Below are positions 62,510 to 64,000 of a stretch of DNA of 64,000 nucleotides, one piece after another. The notes under the pieces were generated by a model. The model was not told the origin of the DNA. It did not search any database and worked only from the letters and a program-made list of their open reading frames with translations. This DNA comes from Spirochaetia bacterium. Lineage in GTDB: Bacteria; Spirochaetota; Spirochaetia; DSM-2461. A program made the position numbers and the translations under genes. The DNA is taken from NCBI GenBank assembly GCA_963666985.2, contig CAXXIA010000002.1:1760001-1824000 (forward strand), in the 5' to 3' direction. Numbering within the stretch: the stretch's first letter is position 1; every line of letters starts with the position of its first letter.

Positions 62510-62717
62510 ATCAAACAGCTGTTGATGCGCTCCGGCCGCTAAAGGTGTTTAACGGCCTTCGGGGCTTCGCCCAAATTTGCCTCTGTCACAGATTTTGCGA
62601 GAGGCTAGGGCTGTGGTAAGATGAATGGGAGTAAGCGGATGAGGTTGTGAAGAATCGCAAAATCTCCGCCAGTCGCTTCGCGAGCGGCAAACTTCGCATA
62701 CCAGCAGAACGTTAAGT
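62510..62717 (+). repeat. attC: attC-like site 27 (type B)
   Basis: Conserved termini and arms. Confidence 0.85.
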
Positions 62718-62807
62718 GCAATTGCCCTGCCTCTTTTTTAAGAGGTAATAAATGGTGAAAAGCCGACATCCGTGTCGGCTAAGACAAAAATAAAAAGGAG
62801 ATACCAT

Positions 62808-64000
62808 TTGTCTAAAGTCAATCAAATAGAAAAGGCTATTAGAGAACTTGAGGGCGGCAAATTTCAGAAACTATGTGACTCTTTCATTACTGTTAAAGAA
62901 AATGTTGAAATAACAAGTGTTGGTAGCCACGTAGGGACTTATAAAACGGTTAAAGGTACTCCAGACTCATATTATACAAAAGAAAACGGTCAGTTTGTTT
63001 TCATTGAATATACAACAACACAAAAAAAAGATTTACTTGAAAAAATACTTGATGATATAAAAAAGTGTTTTGATATAAGCAAGACAGAAATTCCAAAAGA
63101 ACAAATCGATAGAATTATATATTGCCATATAGATAAACTTGAGGCTGCGGAAAAAAGAAAGGTAATAAAGCTTTGCCAAGAAAATGGTTGTGATTTTGTA
63201 AATTATGATGTTAGTTCTCTTTCTTTTGAGTTGGCTCATTCCTATCCGCAAGTTGCAAATGATGTATTAGGCATTTCGACAGATACTCAACAGGTCCTCA
63301 TACCAGAAAAGTTTATTGAAGAAAAATCAAGGACTATAACTCTCAAGAATAGTTTTTTTCACCGCGAAGATGAAAAGGAACAAATTAAGGCAGCCTTAGA
63401 AATTTATGACTTAATCGTTATTACAGGAGATGCTGGAACTGGAAAAACTAGGATTGCTCTTGAGCTAATATCTGAATATTTAAAAGAATATCCAAATTAT
63501 TTTTGTTGTTGTATTGAAAATAGATATGCTACTTTAGAAGATGATTTTCTAAATTTATATAATTCTCATGATAATATTCTATTATTACTCGATGACTCCA
63601 ATAGAATTGCACAATTGAGCATGATACTTAGTTTTGTCAATCAAAAGCCGCAAAAGCTGAAACTGATTCTTACAGTTAGAAATTATGCAATAAATACTGT
63701 AATAGAAGCTATACGAGATAAAACATTTAAAACAATAGATATAAAAAAATTCAATAGAGGACAAATCAAAGAATTAATTTCTGATGAAAGTATTGGTGTG
63801 AAAAATCCAGTATTTATTGATAGAATCTGTGATATATCAAAAGGTAATGCACGCCTAGCAATTATGGCTGCTTCTGTTGCTATTGATGAAAATAACTTAT
63901 CATCTTTATCAAACACAATTAATTTTTATGATAAGTTTTTTAAAGACCTAAACAGAATCTTTTTGGATAGAAGTAACGAAAACATTAAAAAGACTTTAGG
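62808..64000 (+). CDS. Putative nuclease-STAND NTPase (cassette 28; runs off window, absent from ORF track)
   Basis: AAGGAG RBS, TTG start, MSKVNQIE...FQKLCD...KGTPD...FIEYTT; Walker A GDAGTGKT; Walker B LLLDD. Confidence 0.72.
   Translation, partial: MSKVNQIEKAIRELEGGKFQKLCDSFITVKENVEITSVGSHVGTYKTVKGTPDSYYTKENGQFVFIEYTTTQKKDLLEKILDDIKKCFDISKTEIPKEQIDRIIYCHIDKLEAAEKRKVIKLCQENGCDFVNYDVSSLSFELAHSYPQVANDVLGISTDTQQVLIPEKFIEEKSRTITLKNSFFHREDEKEQIKAALEIYDLIVITGDAGTGKTRIALELISEYLKEYPNYFCCCIENRYATLEDDFLNLYNSHDNILLLLDDSNRIAQLSMILSFVNQKPQKLKLILTVRNYAINTVIEAIRDKTFKTIDIKKFNRGQIKELISDESIGVKNPVFIDRICDISKGNARLAIMAASVAIDENNLSSLSNTINFYDKFFKDLNRIFLDRSNENIKKTL

Larger units (their letters stand above)
17133..64000 (+). 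mobile_element. Integron-like platform and cassette array (27 complete cassettes plus 1 partial; continues beyond window)
   Basis: Integrase, attI-like GTT at 18054 and 27 related attC-like sites, each following a self-complementary-ended cassette. Confidence 0.9.

Noticed and set aside
19209..62717. CRISPR array interpretation of the repeats
   Set aside because: Repeats exceed 200 bp, are separated by gene-sized variable units, and no cas genes are present.
19209..62717. Repeats as a structured ncRNA, MITE or REP family
   Set aside because: No target duplications; strict one-per-cassette placement, AAC/GTT cores and bottom-strand GNA loops fit ssDNA recombination sites better, though transcription is not excluded.
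17133..64000. Group II intron, retron or reverse transcriptase in the array
   Set aside because: No ORF with RT motifs such as YADD was seen in this window.

Overview
The window has two parts. Positions 1-16,900 are GC-rich housekeeping DNA, tentatively spirochaete-like: histidine kinase, rhomboid, a 2-oxoacid:ferredoxin oxidoreductase operon, NUDIX, a META lipoprotein, a PLP aminotransferase, rph, polyprenyl synthetase, DeoR, Ldh_2, malic enzyme and a HAD hydrolase. From about 17,100 to the end lies a large integron-like cassette array. It starts with a divergent 277-aa IntI-like tyrosine recombinase that lacks the IntI-specific insertion and an attI-like crossover at 18054. It continues with 27 unusually long (207-277 bp), multi-hairpin attC-like sites that delimit 27 complete cassettes plus a partial 28th. 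Each cassette's 5' end is complementary to its own 3' end, often with an A/C mismatch at position 11. The cargo includes six toxin-antitoxin pairs, many defence-like genes, gene-less cassettes and duplicated cassettes. Three copies of an IS481-family element sit 25-26 bp after an attC crossover in the same orientation; one copy carries a nested IS21. Two IS3 elements interrupt a single lipoprotein gene. All calls come from reading the sequence by eye; no searches or folding programs were run.
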